Source: a virus (lineage: Duplodnaviria; Caudoviricetes). Taken from it: a stretch of DNA of 59,537 bases. The notes below the pieces were generated by a model. The model was not told the DNA's origin. It saw nothing but the letters and a program-made list of their open reading frames with translations, and did no database searches. Positions 38,454-47,642 of this stretch are shown one piece after another. The position numbers were made by a program, and so were the translations under genes. Position 1 is the stretch's first letter; every line of letters starts with the position of its first letter. The stretch is from positions 1-59,537 of IMG/VR virus record IMGVR_UViG_3300022665_000158; one strand, written 5' to 3'.

Positions 38454-39368
38454 ATGAAGATCATGACCGCGAAGTACAAGGGCAAATGCTACGCTTGCGA
38501 CGTCCGGATCAAGGTGGGTGAGCAGATTCAATGGGACGCGATCACGGGCTCCAAGCACGTGGACTGCGCGCTCGCCTGCTCACAGCAGACCGAAGCCGAC
38601 AAGCGGGAGCGCGAAAGCATCACGCAGCTGGGCGACTTCACTGACGTCTACGCCCTGTTCGAAGTGGCCGCCAAGGGCGGCAAGTGGCCGCGGATTACGA
38701 TCAACGCCGACGGCTACGAATTCTACCTCTACATCTCCGGAGCCAAGGCGATGATCCCGAACGTGATTAACGTCAAGGCTCACGACGGCATGGGGACCGA
38801 CGTGAAGAGCTGGTTCGGCCGGATCACCGCGGACGGCGCCTGGGATCAACGCCACAAGGAAGTGGACGAGCGCATGGCCGACGCGCTGTCGAAGCTGGCG
38901 ATGGACCCGGTGGGCACGGTCGCGATGTACGGGCGCCTGTCGGGTAAGTGCTGCTTCTGCAAGAAACAACTGACCGACGCCCCCTCCGTGGACGCGGGCT
39001 ACGGCCCCGTCTGCGCGAAGCGCTGGGGGCTGGCCTGGGGCGGCAAGCACGGGCCTGCGGACCTCGGGCCCATAATCCAAACGGTGACCGATCCCCCGGA
39101 GGTGCTCAACTCGTTTGTGCAAGCGGCGAATGGCGACGCGGTATTCGGCACGTCGCCGCAACTGCCGTCGAAGGCGATTTCCTACCCGAACGGGCCGCCG
39201 GTTGAACCGGTAGTAAACATGCCGGAGTGGAACCCGGACGCGGCTCCGATCAACCTGTCGGCGTTGCTAAAGCAGGTAGAGGCGGATGCGGCGGCGCCCA
39301 AGAAAACGGTGACCTTGAAGACGAAGATGGTAACGGCCAAGGTGAACCTCCCGGAGTGCTACGACTGA
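38454..39368 (+). CDS. DUF6011-domain protein
   Basis: N-terminal AKYKGKC..C...H..C finger; YG..SG.CCFC...LTD..S...GYGP.CAK motif. Confidence 0.75.
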   Translation: MKIMTAKYKGKCYACDVRIKVGEQIQWDAITGSKHVDCALACSQQTEADKRERESITQLGDFTDVYALFEVAAKGGKWPRITINADGYEFYLYISGAKAMIPNVINVKAHDGMGTDVKSWFGRITADGAWDQRHKEVDERMADALSKLAMDPVGTVAMYGRLSGKCCFCKKQLTDAPSVDAGYGPVCAKRWGLAWGGKHGPADLGPIIQTVTDPPEVLNSFVQAANGDAVFGTSPQLPSKAISYPNGPPVEPVVNMPEWNPDAAPINLSALLKQVEADAAAPKKTVTLKTKMVTAKVNLPECYD

Positions 39369-39369
39369 A

Positions 39370-39636
39370 ATGGCGTTCCGTAACCTCGCCATCGCGAGCC
39401 ACGTGGAAGACGTCGCCACGACATGGGCCCGCGAAATGAACGAAGCGATCGAAGCGTCTCGAATGACACGGCGCCGGGTGAGCATCAAGGCCGGGCACGA
39501 CAAGGGTTGGGCATCTCGGCAACTGACTCGCGGCCGTAACTTGCGACTACGCAATATGGCGAGACTGGCGTACGCGGCCGGCTACCGCCTCAGAGTGACT
39601 CTGGAGAGAATCGAGTGCGATGACCCAGTTATATGA
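39370..39636 (+). CDS. XRE-like HTH protein
   Basis: MTRRRVS..AG....W.SR.L...NL.L..MARLA.A.G. Confidence 0.6.
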   Translation: MAFRNLAIASHVEDVATTWAREMNEAIEASRMTRRRVSIKAGHDKGWASRQLTRGRNLRLRNMARLAYAAGYRLRVTLERIECDDPVI

Positions 39637-40075
39637 CCGCCTGTGTAAGCGCTTGCAGGTCATACCCAATGGCTGTTGGGAGTGGCAGGGGTACTGCATT
39701 TCCGACGGTTACGGGCAGATTACTGTGGACGGGGCGCCGAAGCGTGTCCATCGTGTGATGTTTGAGGAGATGGTCGGACCGATTCCCGAAGGGATGTGCG
39801 TACTACACTCTTGCGACAACCCACCATGCGCAAACCCCGCCCATCTGTGGTTAGGGACGCACGCCGATAACATGGCGGATCGGGACGCGAAAGGCCGACA
39901 AGGGGCTGCGAGGGGCGAGAAAAATGGAAGATCCAAATTGACCTGGGAGCAGGTTGAGGCAATTCGAATGGATACCCGTTTACAATATGTAATCGCCTCT
40001 GACTACGGGGTGAGCTACCAGTTAATTTCGAAGATTAAAGCCAAGAAGTATTGGAAGGAGCCAAAATGCGAATAG
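39620..40075 (+). CDS. HNH homing endonuclease
   Basis: CWEWQG..GYG, VHR, VLHSCDNPPCANPAHL; one-mismatch palindrome at 39644-39657. Confidence 0.9.
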   Translation: MTQLYDRLCKRLQVIPNGCWEWQGYCISDGYGQITVDGAPKRVHRVMFEEMVGPIPEGMCVLHSCDNPPCANPAHLWLGTHADNMADRDAKGRQGAARGEKNGRSKLTWEQVEAIRMDTRLQYVIASDYGVSYQLISKIKAKKYWKEPKCE

Positions 40076-40434
40076 AGGTGATCAGCTTCGGGTTCAAGCA
40101 CGGCATTCCGCTGAATGCCAATTTCGTGTTCGACGTCCGCGGCCTACACAACCCCCACAAGAACCCCCACATGCGCCGGCTGACCGGATTCGACAAAGCC
40201 GTGCAACACGAAGTATTCAGCAATGAGGGCGGCGAGTTCATGTTCAACACCATCGCGATCGCGCTGTGGGGCTTCCTACGCGGCGAGACCCGGGACATAC
40301 GGGTCGCGATCGGCTGCATCGGTGGACGCCACCGCAGCGTGGCGGTGGTAGAGCGGCTGTCGGCGATGCTCCGGGACAAATACACCCCCGAGTTGGATCA
40401 GGTTCTCGTGACTCACCGGGAGTTGCACCCATGA
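40066..40434 (+). CDS. second stand-alone RapZ C-terminal-domain protein
   Basis: SFGFKHGIP..A.FVFDVR.L.NP, LTG.D..V, AIGC.GGRHRSVAVVE.L. Confidence 0.88.
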   Translation: MRIEVISFGFKHGIPLNANFVFDVRGLHNPHKNPHMRRLTGFDKAVQHEVFSNEGGEFMFNTIAIALWGFLRGETRDIRVAIGCIGGRHRSVAVVERLSAMLRDKYTPELDQVLVTHRELHP

Positions 40435-40888
40435 GATCCGAACGCGAAGAGGGTCGGCGCGACGGCCTGCATGAGGCCGCGATGCTCATGGACGAGATGT
40501 GGGAGGAGCAGGTCAAGAATCGGCCGCGGGATAACTACCTCTACGCCGGCCTGCACTCCGCGTTCCGGGGCGCTGCGCTGAGGCTGCGCCAGCTGGCTGA
40601 CCCCCAGGAAACGGGACCGAAGCTATGACCGACCAGCAGCGTTCCGAGCGGGCGCGGCTGTGCGAGGAGCGGGTCAAGCGGCGCTGGCGCCAAGAGCAGG
40701 CGACGCGCAAGTGCAAGCGCGTGCGCGACTGCACGAAGCCGCCGCGTGTGCTGCTCACGCCGGAAGCGCGGGCGGCTATCTCGCGATCCAATCTGAAAAT
40801 CGCTAACCTGTCGCGGCAATCGACGCGCGGGACGCCGGAGGCGATCAGCACGGTGTGGTGGTCGAATCGGGAGAGACGCGGTGAATGA
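40431..40888 (+). other. two small hypothetical CDSs (40431-40628 and 40625-40888)
   Basis: ATGA-coupled ORFs. Confidence 0.45.
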
Positions 40889-41042
40889 CCTCGTGAATTC
40901 CTTTCTGATCGGCGGACTTGCCGCGCACGCGCTCGTGCATGAGATCCCGTTAGCGGTTCTGGGCGTGTTTGCTATCTGCAAAGCCTGCAAGCGGCGCTGG
41001 TGCAAAGGGCACGACACCGACGGCGCGTGACCCCCTCCTCGG

Positions 41043-41071
41043 TTGCACCCGATGCACCGCTACGGTAAGCT
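41043..41071 (+). promoter_or_regulatory. sigma70-like promoter candidate
   Basis: TTGCAC-N17-TAAGCT upstream of the GAGGAG SD of 41102. Confidence 0.4.
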
Positions 41072-41101
41072 CCTCTTGTCCATTCAGAGGAGTGCGCCCG
41101 C

Positions 41102-42664
41102 ATGGCTACTGGTTTGCGTTGTGAGTATTGCGGGTCGACGGACACACAGCGCAGGGGCACCCGAAACGGGAAACTGCGGATCCACTGCAACGGCTGCCTC
41201 AAGAATCCCACCATCCCCGTACCCGAGGTCACCGATGCGGACCTCGACTTCACACCGACGAAGAAAGCGATCGACAAACTCACCAGCAAGAAGTACCACC
41301 TAATCACGTCCGCCCAGAACAACACACCGATCGACAAGAACGTGTGGCGTACGATCCTCCGAATGAAAGAGGAAATGGGCGCGTCGCTGTACGTGCTCCC
41401 CACCCTCTACAAGAACCCGACGAGCCGGCTTGACCCGCAGGCAGAGGACGACGGGGTGTGGTACCCCGCGGAAGTACTGCCTTATTTGGTCGAGGGCGAC
41501 ATACGGTTGCACCAGCATCTACGGATCCTGGGGCACGTGCGCATTCAAGCTACGGCCGCGAGCCCACTCACGGGGCTGGAGGGAATCAGCCAGTCGCAGT
41601 CGGGTATCGTTGGCCATGCCCAGATCCAAATGCGCGTGATCGCGACGCCGCAACGCTCGCTCCCCAAGATGATGATTACAACGGGCAGTGTCAGCAAGAA
41701 GAACTACTCCAAGACGAAGGCGGGGATCAAGGCCGACTTTCACCATAGTGCCGGCGTGGTTGTGGTAGAAATTCAAGATAAGGGCATCTTCCATATGCGG
41801 AGCTGCGTAGCCGATTCCAAGGGGACGATCTGCGACCTCGACAAGTGGTACTCGCCTACGGGCGTGAAGCCCACGGGCCGATGGCCGGCGCTGATCGTCG
41901 GGGACGAGCACGCGCTATTCGCCGACCCGTCTATCAAGGCGGCCACCTACACGGACGTGGCGAGCATGACCGCGATCGGGCGCCCCAAGGTGATCGTCCG
42001 GCACGACATTCTCGATTCCTACGCGGTGTCGCACTGGCACAAGCACAACGTGCTGACCCGCTATGTGAAATCCCAGAAGGGGTTCGACTCGCTCACCCAG
42101 GAGATGGCGCTGACTTATCAACACGTGGACGAGACCACGCCGCCCAACACTCAGAACCTCATCGTCGCCTCGAATCATGACGACCACGTGTGGCGGTGGA
42201 TGAACGAAGTGGAGTGGCGAAACGATCTATCGAACGCCCAGGTCTACCATGAGCTGTGGGCCGAGGTACTGGCACAGGCGGAATGGGATCCCAGCTACGG
42301 TGCCGCGGACCCGGAGTCGCCCTTCGCTTTGTGGGCTAGCAAGAGAATGGTGAGCAACACGCGATTCCTGAAGCGCGATGAGAATCGGACCATCATGGGG
42401 ATCATTGTCTCGCTGCACGGCGACCGGGGCCCGAACGGCGCCTGGGGCTCCATCGTCAACCTGTCGAAGATGGGCGTGAAGGCGGTCATCGGACACACAC
42501 ACACGCCGGGGGTCGAGAAGGGCTGCTATCAAGTGGGCGTGTCGACCGGCACCCTCAGCTACGCGAGGGGCTCGCCGTCCTCATGGCTCCCATGCAATTG
42601 CGTAATACAACCAAATGGTAAGAGGCAACTTGTGCCGATCATCAATGGCCGATATTGTGCCTGA
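41102..42664 (+). CDS. T5 A1-like metallophosphoesterase/nuclease with an N-terminal zinc ribbon
   Basis: ITSAQNNTP, TTG....NYS..KAG.KA.FHH, GDEH, SNHD, HGD.GPNG, GHTH calcineurin-like motifs. Confidence 0.8.
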   Translation: MATGLRCEYCGSTDTQRRGTRNGKLRIHCNGCLKNPTIPVPEVTDADLDFTPTKKAIDKLTSKKYHLITSAQNNTPIDKNVWRTILRMKEEMGASLYVLPTLYKNPTSRLDPQAEDDGVWYPAEVLPYLVEGDIRLHQHLRILGHVRIQATAASPLTGLEGISQSQSGIVGHAQIQMRVIATPQRSLPKMMITTGSVSKKNYSKTKAGIKADFHHSAGVVVVEIQDKGIFHMRSCVADSKGTICDLDKWYSPTGVKPTGRWPALIVGDEHALFADPSIKAATYTDVASMTAIGRPKVIVRHDILDSYAVSHWHKHNVLTRYVKSQKGFDSLTQEMALTYQHVDETTPPNTQNLIVASNHDDHVWRWMNEVEWRNDLSNAQVYHELWAEVLAQAEWDPSYGAADPESPFALWASKRMVSNTRFLKRDENRTIMGIIVSLHGDRGPNGAWGSIVNLSKMGVKAVIGHTHTPGVEKGCYQVGVSTGTLSYARGSPSSWLPCNCVIQPNGKRQLVPIINGRYCA

Positions 42665-43094
42665 GAAACGCGGGCCTAAGCCGATCCCCTTGATTGAGCG
42701 CTTGTGCAAGCGCTTGCATGTAGCCCCCGGTGGTTGTTTGGAATTCCAAGGCTACCGGGACAAGGGCGGGTATGGGAGAATTGGTGAGGGGGGCTACAAC
42801 TGCAAGAAAATCCTCACCCATCGGGTGGTATGGGAGGATGCGTTCGGTCCGATCCCCGCCGGCTTTTGTGTCCTCCATCGGTGTGATAACCCGCCTTGCT
42901 GTAACCCGTGGCACTTGTTCCTGGGGACGCGTGGGGACAATGCGGCCGACCGGGACGCCAAGGGGCGGACGCACAAGAAACTAACCCGGGAGCAAGTCCA
43001 AGCGATACGGGCAGATGGCCGGGTGCAGCGCATTGTCGCCCTTGATTTTGGAATCCATCAAGCTACGGTATCGCGAATTCGGAGGATTGCATGA
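42645..43094 (+). CDS. HNH homing endonuclease
   Basis: CLEFQG..GYG, THR, VLHRCDNPPCCNPWHL; carries palindrome copy 8. Confidence 0.9.
   Translation: MADIVPEKRGPKPIPLIERLCKRLHVAPGGCLEFQGYRDKGGYGRIGEGGYNCKKILTHRVVWEDAFGPIPAGFCVLHRCDNPPCCNPWHLFLGTRGDNAADRDAKGRTHKKLTREQVQAIRADGRVQRIVALDFGIHQATVSRIRRIA
42705..42718. repeat. 14-bp palindrome, copy 8
   Basis: Exact match. Confidence 0.95.
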
Positions 43095-43276
43095 GTTGCC
43101 CCGACTGCGAGATCGACTGGGCGGCGGTAGCGCGGCTGGCCTACGGGTCGATTCCCAAGGATGGGCCCTTGATGACCGGGAAGCAGATTCAGCGGTTAGC
43201 TCTCCGGACCATTGAGGACGCACTGAAAATACCCACGCTACTCGGAGACCGAAATGGGACGCCACGCGGTAGCTGA
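43091..43276 (+). CDS. small hypothetical protein
   Basis: GGAGG SD, ATGA coupling. Confidence 0.45.
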   Translation: MSCPDCEIDWAAVARLAYGSIPKDGPLMTGKQIQRLALRTIEDALKIPTLLGDRNGTPRGS

Positions 43277-43871
43277 TCTGCTTAGCGCCATGTTCGAGTA
43301 CGGCATCGACCTCGCCAAGCGGCGGGTATTCCTACAGTGCGGGATCGAGGAGCACACGAACCCCGGCCAGAACATCGCGGAGCTGGTGACCCGAGGGCTC
43401 CTATTCCTAGACAAGACCGAGGGCGAGATCGAGTTGTGGATCAACACGCCGGGCGGGGACGTCGATGATATGTTCGCCATCTACGACGTGATCCAGTCGT
43501 GTGAGAACGACATTGTGACGGTCGGGCACGGGCAGATCGCCTCCGCGGGGGGCTTGATCCTCGCCGCCGGGTCGAAAGACCTTCGCTACGCCACCGCCAA
43601 CGCCGAGTTCATGTGCCACGAATTCCAAGACGGGGTCACTTCCCGCGGCACCCGGCTCCAGAAGATCCACTTGGAGCAGAAGGAACGGCTCGAAGAGAAG
43701 TGGGCCAAGCTCATGGGGCGCGCGAGCGGGCGCAAGCGGACCGCCGCTTTCTGGCTCAACAAGATACAGACCGAGCCGGAGTACTGGCTGGACGCCAAGG
43801 GCATGAAAACTCACGGTGTGGTTGACTGCGTGTGGCCGCCGGATCCGGACGATGAGGACGAAGACGAGTAG
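43254..43871 (+). CDS. clpP: ClpP-like serine protease
   Basis: I.LWINTPGG, AIYD, G..ASAG (Ser), R.A..NA.FMCH (His), G.VD. Confidence 0.85.
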   Translation: MGRHAVADLLSAMFEYGIDLAKRRVFLQCGIEEHTNPGQNIAELVTRGLLFLDKTEGEIELWINTPGGDVDDMFAIYDVIQSCENDIVTVGHGQIASAGGLILAAGSKDLRYATANAEFMCHEFQDGVTSRGTRLQKIHLEQKERLEEKWAKLMGRASGRKRTAAFWLNKIQTEPEYWLDAKGMKTHGVVDCVWPPDPDDEDEDE

Positions 43872-43882
43872 CCCTCGCGAAA

Positions 43883-43896
43883 TGCAAGCGCTTGCA
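43883..43896. repeat. 14-bp palindrome, copy 9
   Basis: Exact match, intergenic ahead of the head-gene block. Confidence 0.95.
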
Positions 43897-43930
43897 CGAG
43901 CGGCTATGCTCCCACCCAGGGGGCGAGCTG

Positions 43931-44434
43931 GTGCCTGTAAAATCCTGTCAACGCAACGGAAAAGGCGGCTGGGATCGGGCTGATTTAGCCTGGGCCGCTG
44001 GACTACTTGAAGGTGAGGGTTGTTTCCACGCAACGGGTGGACGCCCACGTATCTCCGTAAACATGACCGATGAGGATGTGCTGCTACGGCTCCAGAAGGT
44101 ACTGGGATGTGGGCGACTGTTTGGGCCACATGATAATGGGCCCGGGAACAAATTCGTTTGGAGGTATGACTTGTCGCGGATGGATCAGGCCTACGCGATC
44201 ACAGCTGCGGTGTATTCCCAGCTAGGAGAACGGCGAAGAACCCAAGCTAGAAAGCTCATTGAGCTATACGCATCCAAGCCCGCACGTGAACCCAATAGGC
44301 CCAACGTTAAATTGACGTGCCGTACGTGTGAGGTGGAATTCTCTAGATACGCGTCGCAAGTGCGGCCCGGAAACGTATATTGTTCACAGAGTTGCGCCGG
44401 GACAGCGATTGGGGGATTGTCACCATGCCGGTAA
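43931..44434 (+). CDS. single-motif LAGLIDADG homing endonuclease
   Basis: LAWAAGLLEGEGCF, V.MTD..VL; C-terminal C..C...YCS..C finger; GTG start. Confidence 0.8.
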   Translation: MPVKSCQRNGKGGWDRADLAWAAGLLEGEGCFHATGGRPRISVNMTDEDVLLRLQKVLGCGRLFGPHDNGPGNKFVWRYDLSRMDQAYAITAAVYSQLGERRRTQARKLIELYASKPAREPNRPNVKLTCRTCEVEFSRYASQVRPGNVYCSQSCAGTAIGGLSPCR

Positions 44435-45327
44435 AAAAGTGTCAGCGTAATGGGGTGGCAGGGTGGAAGTGGGGCGACGCCGGCAAGTGCTTCATTGGCT
44501 CCGGGGCCAAGGCGCGAGCCCTCGCTGTAGGCAGGGCTATCGCCGCCCAGCGGAACAAGCACGACTCCGAGGAAGCGTGGTCGTCCCAGGGGGACTTCGA
44601 GGAGCTGATAGTCAAGCTCTCCGATGAGGCGGTCAACGCGGCACTCGTCGAGCTGCCGTTCCTACCCGAAGAGCACTGCGCCTCGTGGGTGAAGAAGGCC
44701 GACGAGGAGATGCGCGTCGTTTGGGGCGAGGTCTACATCCCCGATATCCCCGACACGCAAGACGACTTCATGACTGCCGTGGAAATTGAGAAAATGGCTC
44801 ACCTGTTCCTCATGGACGGGCTCTCGGTCGGCGCGGTCGACGTCCAGCATGACGGGGAGATTCGGAAGGGCTGCTTCATCGTCGAGAGCTTCATCGCCCG
44901 CAAGAGCGACCCTGAGTTCATCGAAGGCGCCTGGGTGGTCGCGATGAAGATCTGTGACGACGAGCTGTGGGAGGACGTCAAGACAGGGAAGCTCAACGGA
45001 TTCTCCATGCAGGCTCAGGTCTACGTCACCGATCGCATGGTGACCCTGGAAATTCCTGATCAAGTTGAGGGACTTACACAGAAAGCCTCGAATGGGGAAG
45101 ACCACCGCCACCAGTATCTCGTACGCTTTGATTCCAACGGGGACTTCGTGGGCGGCGTCTCGAACGTCGTCAACGGCCACAAGCACGTGATCCGGCGCCG
45201 ATCGATCACAGAGATGTCAGCGGACCCGGTTGGGAAAGAGATGGCAGACGGGCATTTCCATCGCTATACGTTACTGGACAAGCTAGCAGGACGCGTTGAA
45301 GAAGAGGTGCCTGGGGGGATTGGTTGA
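44425..45327 (+). CDS. XkdF-like prohead serine protease
   Basis: VWGEVY.PD..DTQDD, D.QHD, VESFIA, G.WV...K, GKLNGFS; C-terminal His-pair repeats. Confidence 0.85.
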   Translation: MPVKKCQRNGVAGWKWGDAGKCFIGSGAKARALAVGRAIAAQRNKHDSEEAWSSQGDFEELIVKLSDEAVNAALVELPFLPEEHCASWVKKADEEMRVVWGEVYIPDIPDTQDDFMTAVEIEKMAHLFLMDGLSVGAVDVQHDGEIRKGCFIVESFIARKSDPEFIEGAWVVAMKICDDELWEDVKTGKLNGFSMQAQVYVTDRMVTLEIPDQVEGLTQKASNGEDHRHQYLVRFDSNGDFVGGVSNVVNGHKHVIRRRSITEMSADPVGKEMADGHFHRYTLLDKLAGRVEEEVPGGIG

Positions 45328-46562
45328 TGCAGATCAAGAAAGAGCTGGCGGAAATGCATGATGGCAGGGTACAATTGATCTCATTGGTCGAGACTGGTGC
45401 CAATGCAGCGCCGTTCAAGAAGTTGAAATCAGAAAATCCTGAGGGGGATACCGACGTGTTCAGAGCCGAAAAACTCACCGCAGCCAAAGCCGATGGGCCG
45501 ACACTGATCGCGCTCGCTGTATCGCCCAAGGGCGACGTAAAGGCAGCCGAGGCAATTGCCAAGGCAGCCGGAATCGAAATTCAGGACACTCGCGAAGTGG
45601 AGGGCGACGACGGTACGACCACACTCCTGCTCGCGCGCAAGCAAGACCGCGTCAACACCGCCGACCCGCAGCAAGTGCAGGTCCAGCTCGACGATGAGCT
45701 GATCGCGGTATGCCGGGTCGAGAAGATGTTCATGCCGTTCAACGGCGAGACGTCATTCAGCGAGGCGATCAAGGCGCAGGGATTCTTCCCGCAGCTGCAC
45801 AACGCGCTGGACGTGTTCCACGAGGTGGCCTTTCAAATTCTGGACTCCGTCGACTCTCCCGCGGAAGCGGCCACGAAAATCAAGGAATCGGGCGACGAGC
45901 TGGTTTCGTTGCTGACCCTGATGACGAAGGCGCTTCCCAAGGAAACCTTCAAGATGGCCGAGGTGCTCAAGACCCTGAAGGCTGAGGGGACCGAGTCGCT
46001 GATCGGCAAGAAAGACGACAATGGCGACGAGGCCGCAGTCAAGGAAAAGGCTGATGCTGATGCCAAGGAAAAGGCCGACGCGGATGCCAAGGCCGAAGGC
46101 GACGAGAAGGTCACGGCCGAGAAGGAAGGCGACCACAAGTCGGACGCCAAGGCTGACGACAAGGTCGAGACCGAGAAGGCCGTCCATGTGGACGACGATG
46201 AGGAAGAGGACGAGAAGGGCAAGAAGAACAAGAAGGGCAAGAAAAAGGAAGATGCCCCGTCTGACCTCGACAAGGTTCTCGAAGCAATCGCGGGGCTCAC
46301 CGCTACCGTCGTCAAGCAAGGCGAAGTGACGGACGACTTGAAAGAGCAGATCGCCACCGTGGCCGCCAAGGCGGACGAAGCGGAAGCGACTGCGAAGGCA
46401 GCTGACGACAAGGCGGATGCGACGGATCAGGCTGTGACTGGCCGGGTGTCCACGACGCCGGCCGGAGACGGACGCGGTCGAAGTGAACGCAAATCCAAGG
46501 GCGCTCCTCCGCTCATGGATACGGGCATGTCCCGCTACCGCGCAAGAGGTGGCGCGAACTAG
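45327..46562 (+). CDS. scaffold-like head protein
   Basis: ISLV..GAN..F start, long K/D/E/A-rich region; between protease and capsid genes. Confidence 0.65.
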   Translation: MQIKKELAEMHDGRVQLISLVETGANAAPFKKLKSENPEGDTDVFRAEKLTAAKADGPTLIALAVSPKGDVKAAEAIAKAAGIEIQDTREVEGDDGTTTLLLARKQDRVNTADPQQVQVQLDDELIAVCRVEKMFMPFNGETSFSEAIKAQGFFPQLHNALDVFHEVAFQILDSVDSPAEAATKIKESGDELVSLLTLMTKALPKETFKMAEVLKTLKAEGTESLIGKKDDNGDEAAVKEKADADAKEKADADAKAEGDEKVTAEKEGDHKSDAKADDKVETEKAVHVDDDEEEDEKGKKNKKGKKKEDAPSDLDKVLEAIAGLTATVVKQGEVTDDLKEQIATVAAKADEAEATAKAADDKADATDQAVTGRVSTTPAGDGRGRSERKSKGAPPLMDTGMSRYRARGGAN

Positions 46563-46634
46563 GGGAGCGGGGCTACGCTTTGCAATGACGTCGGGCAACC
46601 GACACGAACAGTTTCCTGAGGGGGGAATGGAACG

Positions 46635-47642
46635 ATGGCTTCAAACAGACAACTCGTCGAAAAGGCTGACTTCGCAAATGCCGATCTGGTAACAGCGGGT
46701 CTAGTCAATCCGGAGCAAGCGAACCGCTTCTTCCGTCGACTGATCAACGAGCCCACGATGCTCCGCGACATTCGCTCGGTAGAGATGGATTCGCCCACGC
46801 GAAACATCAATCGCCTCCAGTTCAACAAGAGAATCCTCCGTGCCGGTACCAGCGCAGTCGCGCTCGACACCGCCGCGGCTGCTTCTTCGGCCCCGTTCGA
46901 TCCGATCGCGGAAAACACGAGCCGAGGCAAGCCCGAGACCTCGCAGGTCGTTCTCAACACCACGGAAGTCATTGCGGAAGTCGACCTTCCCTATGACGTG
47001 ATCGAAGACAACGTGGAGCTGGGGAACATCGGCGAGATGCGCGACGTTGGCGGCGCCCCTGCGGGCGGCGGCTTCATCGACACCGTCTTGGAGTTGATGG
47101 CAGAGCGCGCGGCGCTCGACCTCGAAGAGCTGCTTCTGCTCGGCGACGTCGACCTGGGTGCGGCCGATACCTACCTCGACCTTCAGGACGGCGTTCTGGA
47201 GATCGTTCGGGACGGCGGAAACATCAACGACGAGGTCGGGGCACTCGTGTCCAAGACCACATTCAAGAATGGCAAGAAAACCATGCCGGATCAGTACCTC
47301 AGGAACATCAATTCCATGAGGCACTACATCTCGCACGATCAGGAGACGGAGTACAGGGACACGGTCGCAGACCGCGCCACTGGCTACGGTGACGCGACCT
47401 TGCAGGGCGATGCCCCGCTGCGCGCGTTCGGTTCCGCGGTCGTAGCGAATGCCACGATCCCCGACGATGAGGGGCTCTTCACGAACCCCCAGAACATCAT
47501 CTGGGGCTTGCAGCGGAAGATGCTGCTGGAGTGGGATAAGCTGATTCGCGAGCGGGTGCTGCTGATCGTTCTCTCGGCGCGAGTCGCCGTGCAGGTTGAG
47601 GACGCGGCGGGCGCGGTAATCCACACAAACCTGGGCGTCTAG
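46635..47642 (+). CDS. major capsid protein (HK97 fold, XkdG/P2-like)
   Basis: G.VNPEQA.RF, IEDNVE, A.DLEEL...GD, DG, TNP.NI..G; 335 aa followed by a terminator. Confidence 0.9.
   Translation: MASNRQLVEKADFANADLVTAGLVNPEQANRFFRRLINEPTMLRDIRSVEMDSPTRNINRLQFNKRILRAGTSAVALDTAAAASSAPFDPIAENTSRGKPETSQVVLNTTEVIAEVDLPYDVIEDNVELGNIGEMRDVGGAPAGGGFIDTVLELMAERAALDLEELLLLGDVDLGAADTYLDLQDGVLEIVRDGGNINDEVGALVSKTTFKNGKKTMPDQYLRNINSMRHYISHDQETEYRDTVADRATGYGDATLQGDAPLRAFGSAVVANATIPDDEGLFTNPQNIIWGLQRKMLLEWDKLIRERVLLIVLSARVAVQVEDAAGAVIHTNLGV

Noticed and set aside
43931-44434. Group I intron or intein hosting the LAGLIDADG ORF
   Set aside because: The ORF fills the gap, leaving no room for a ribozyme core; no intein termini; the downstream gene has its own start
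46589-46602. GTCGG-GCAA-CCGAC hairpin before the capsid gene as a boxB/nut site
   Set aside because: Single 5-bp GNRA hairpin with no convincing boxA or second copy
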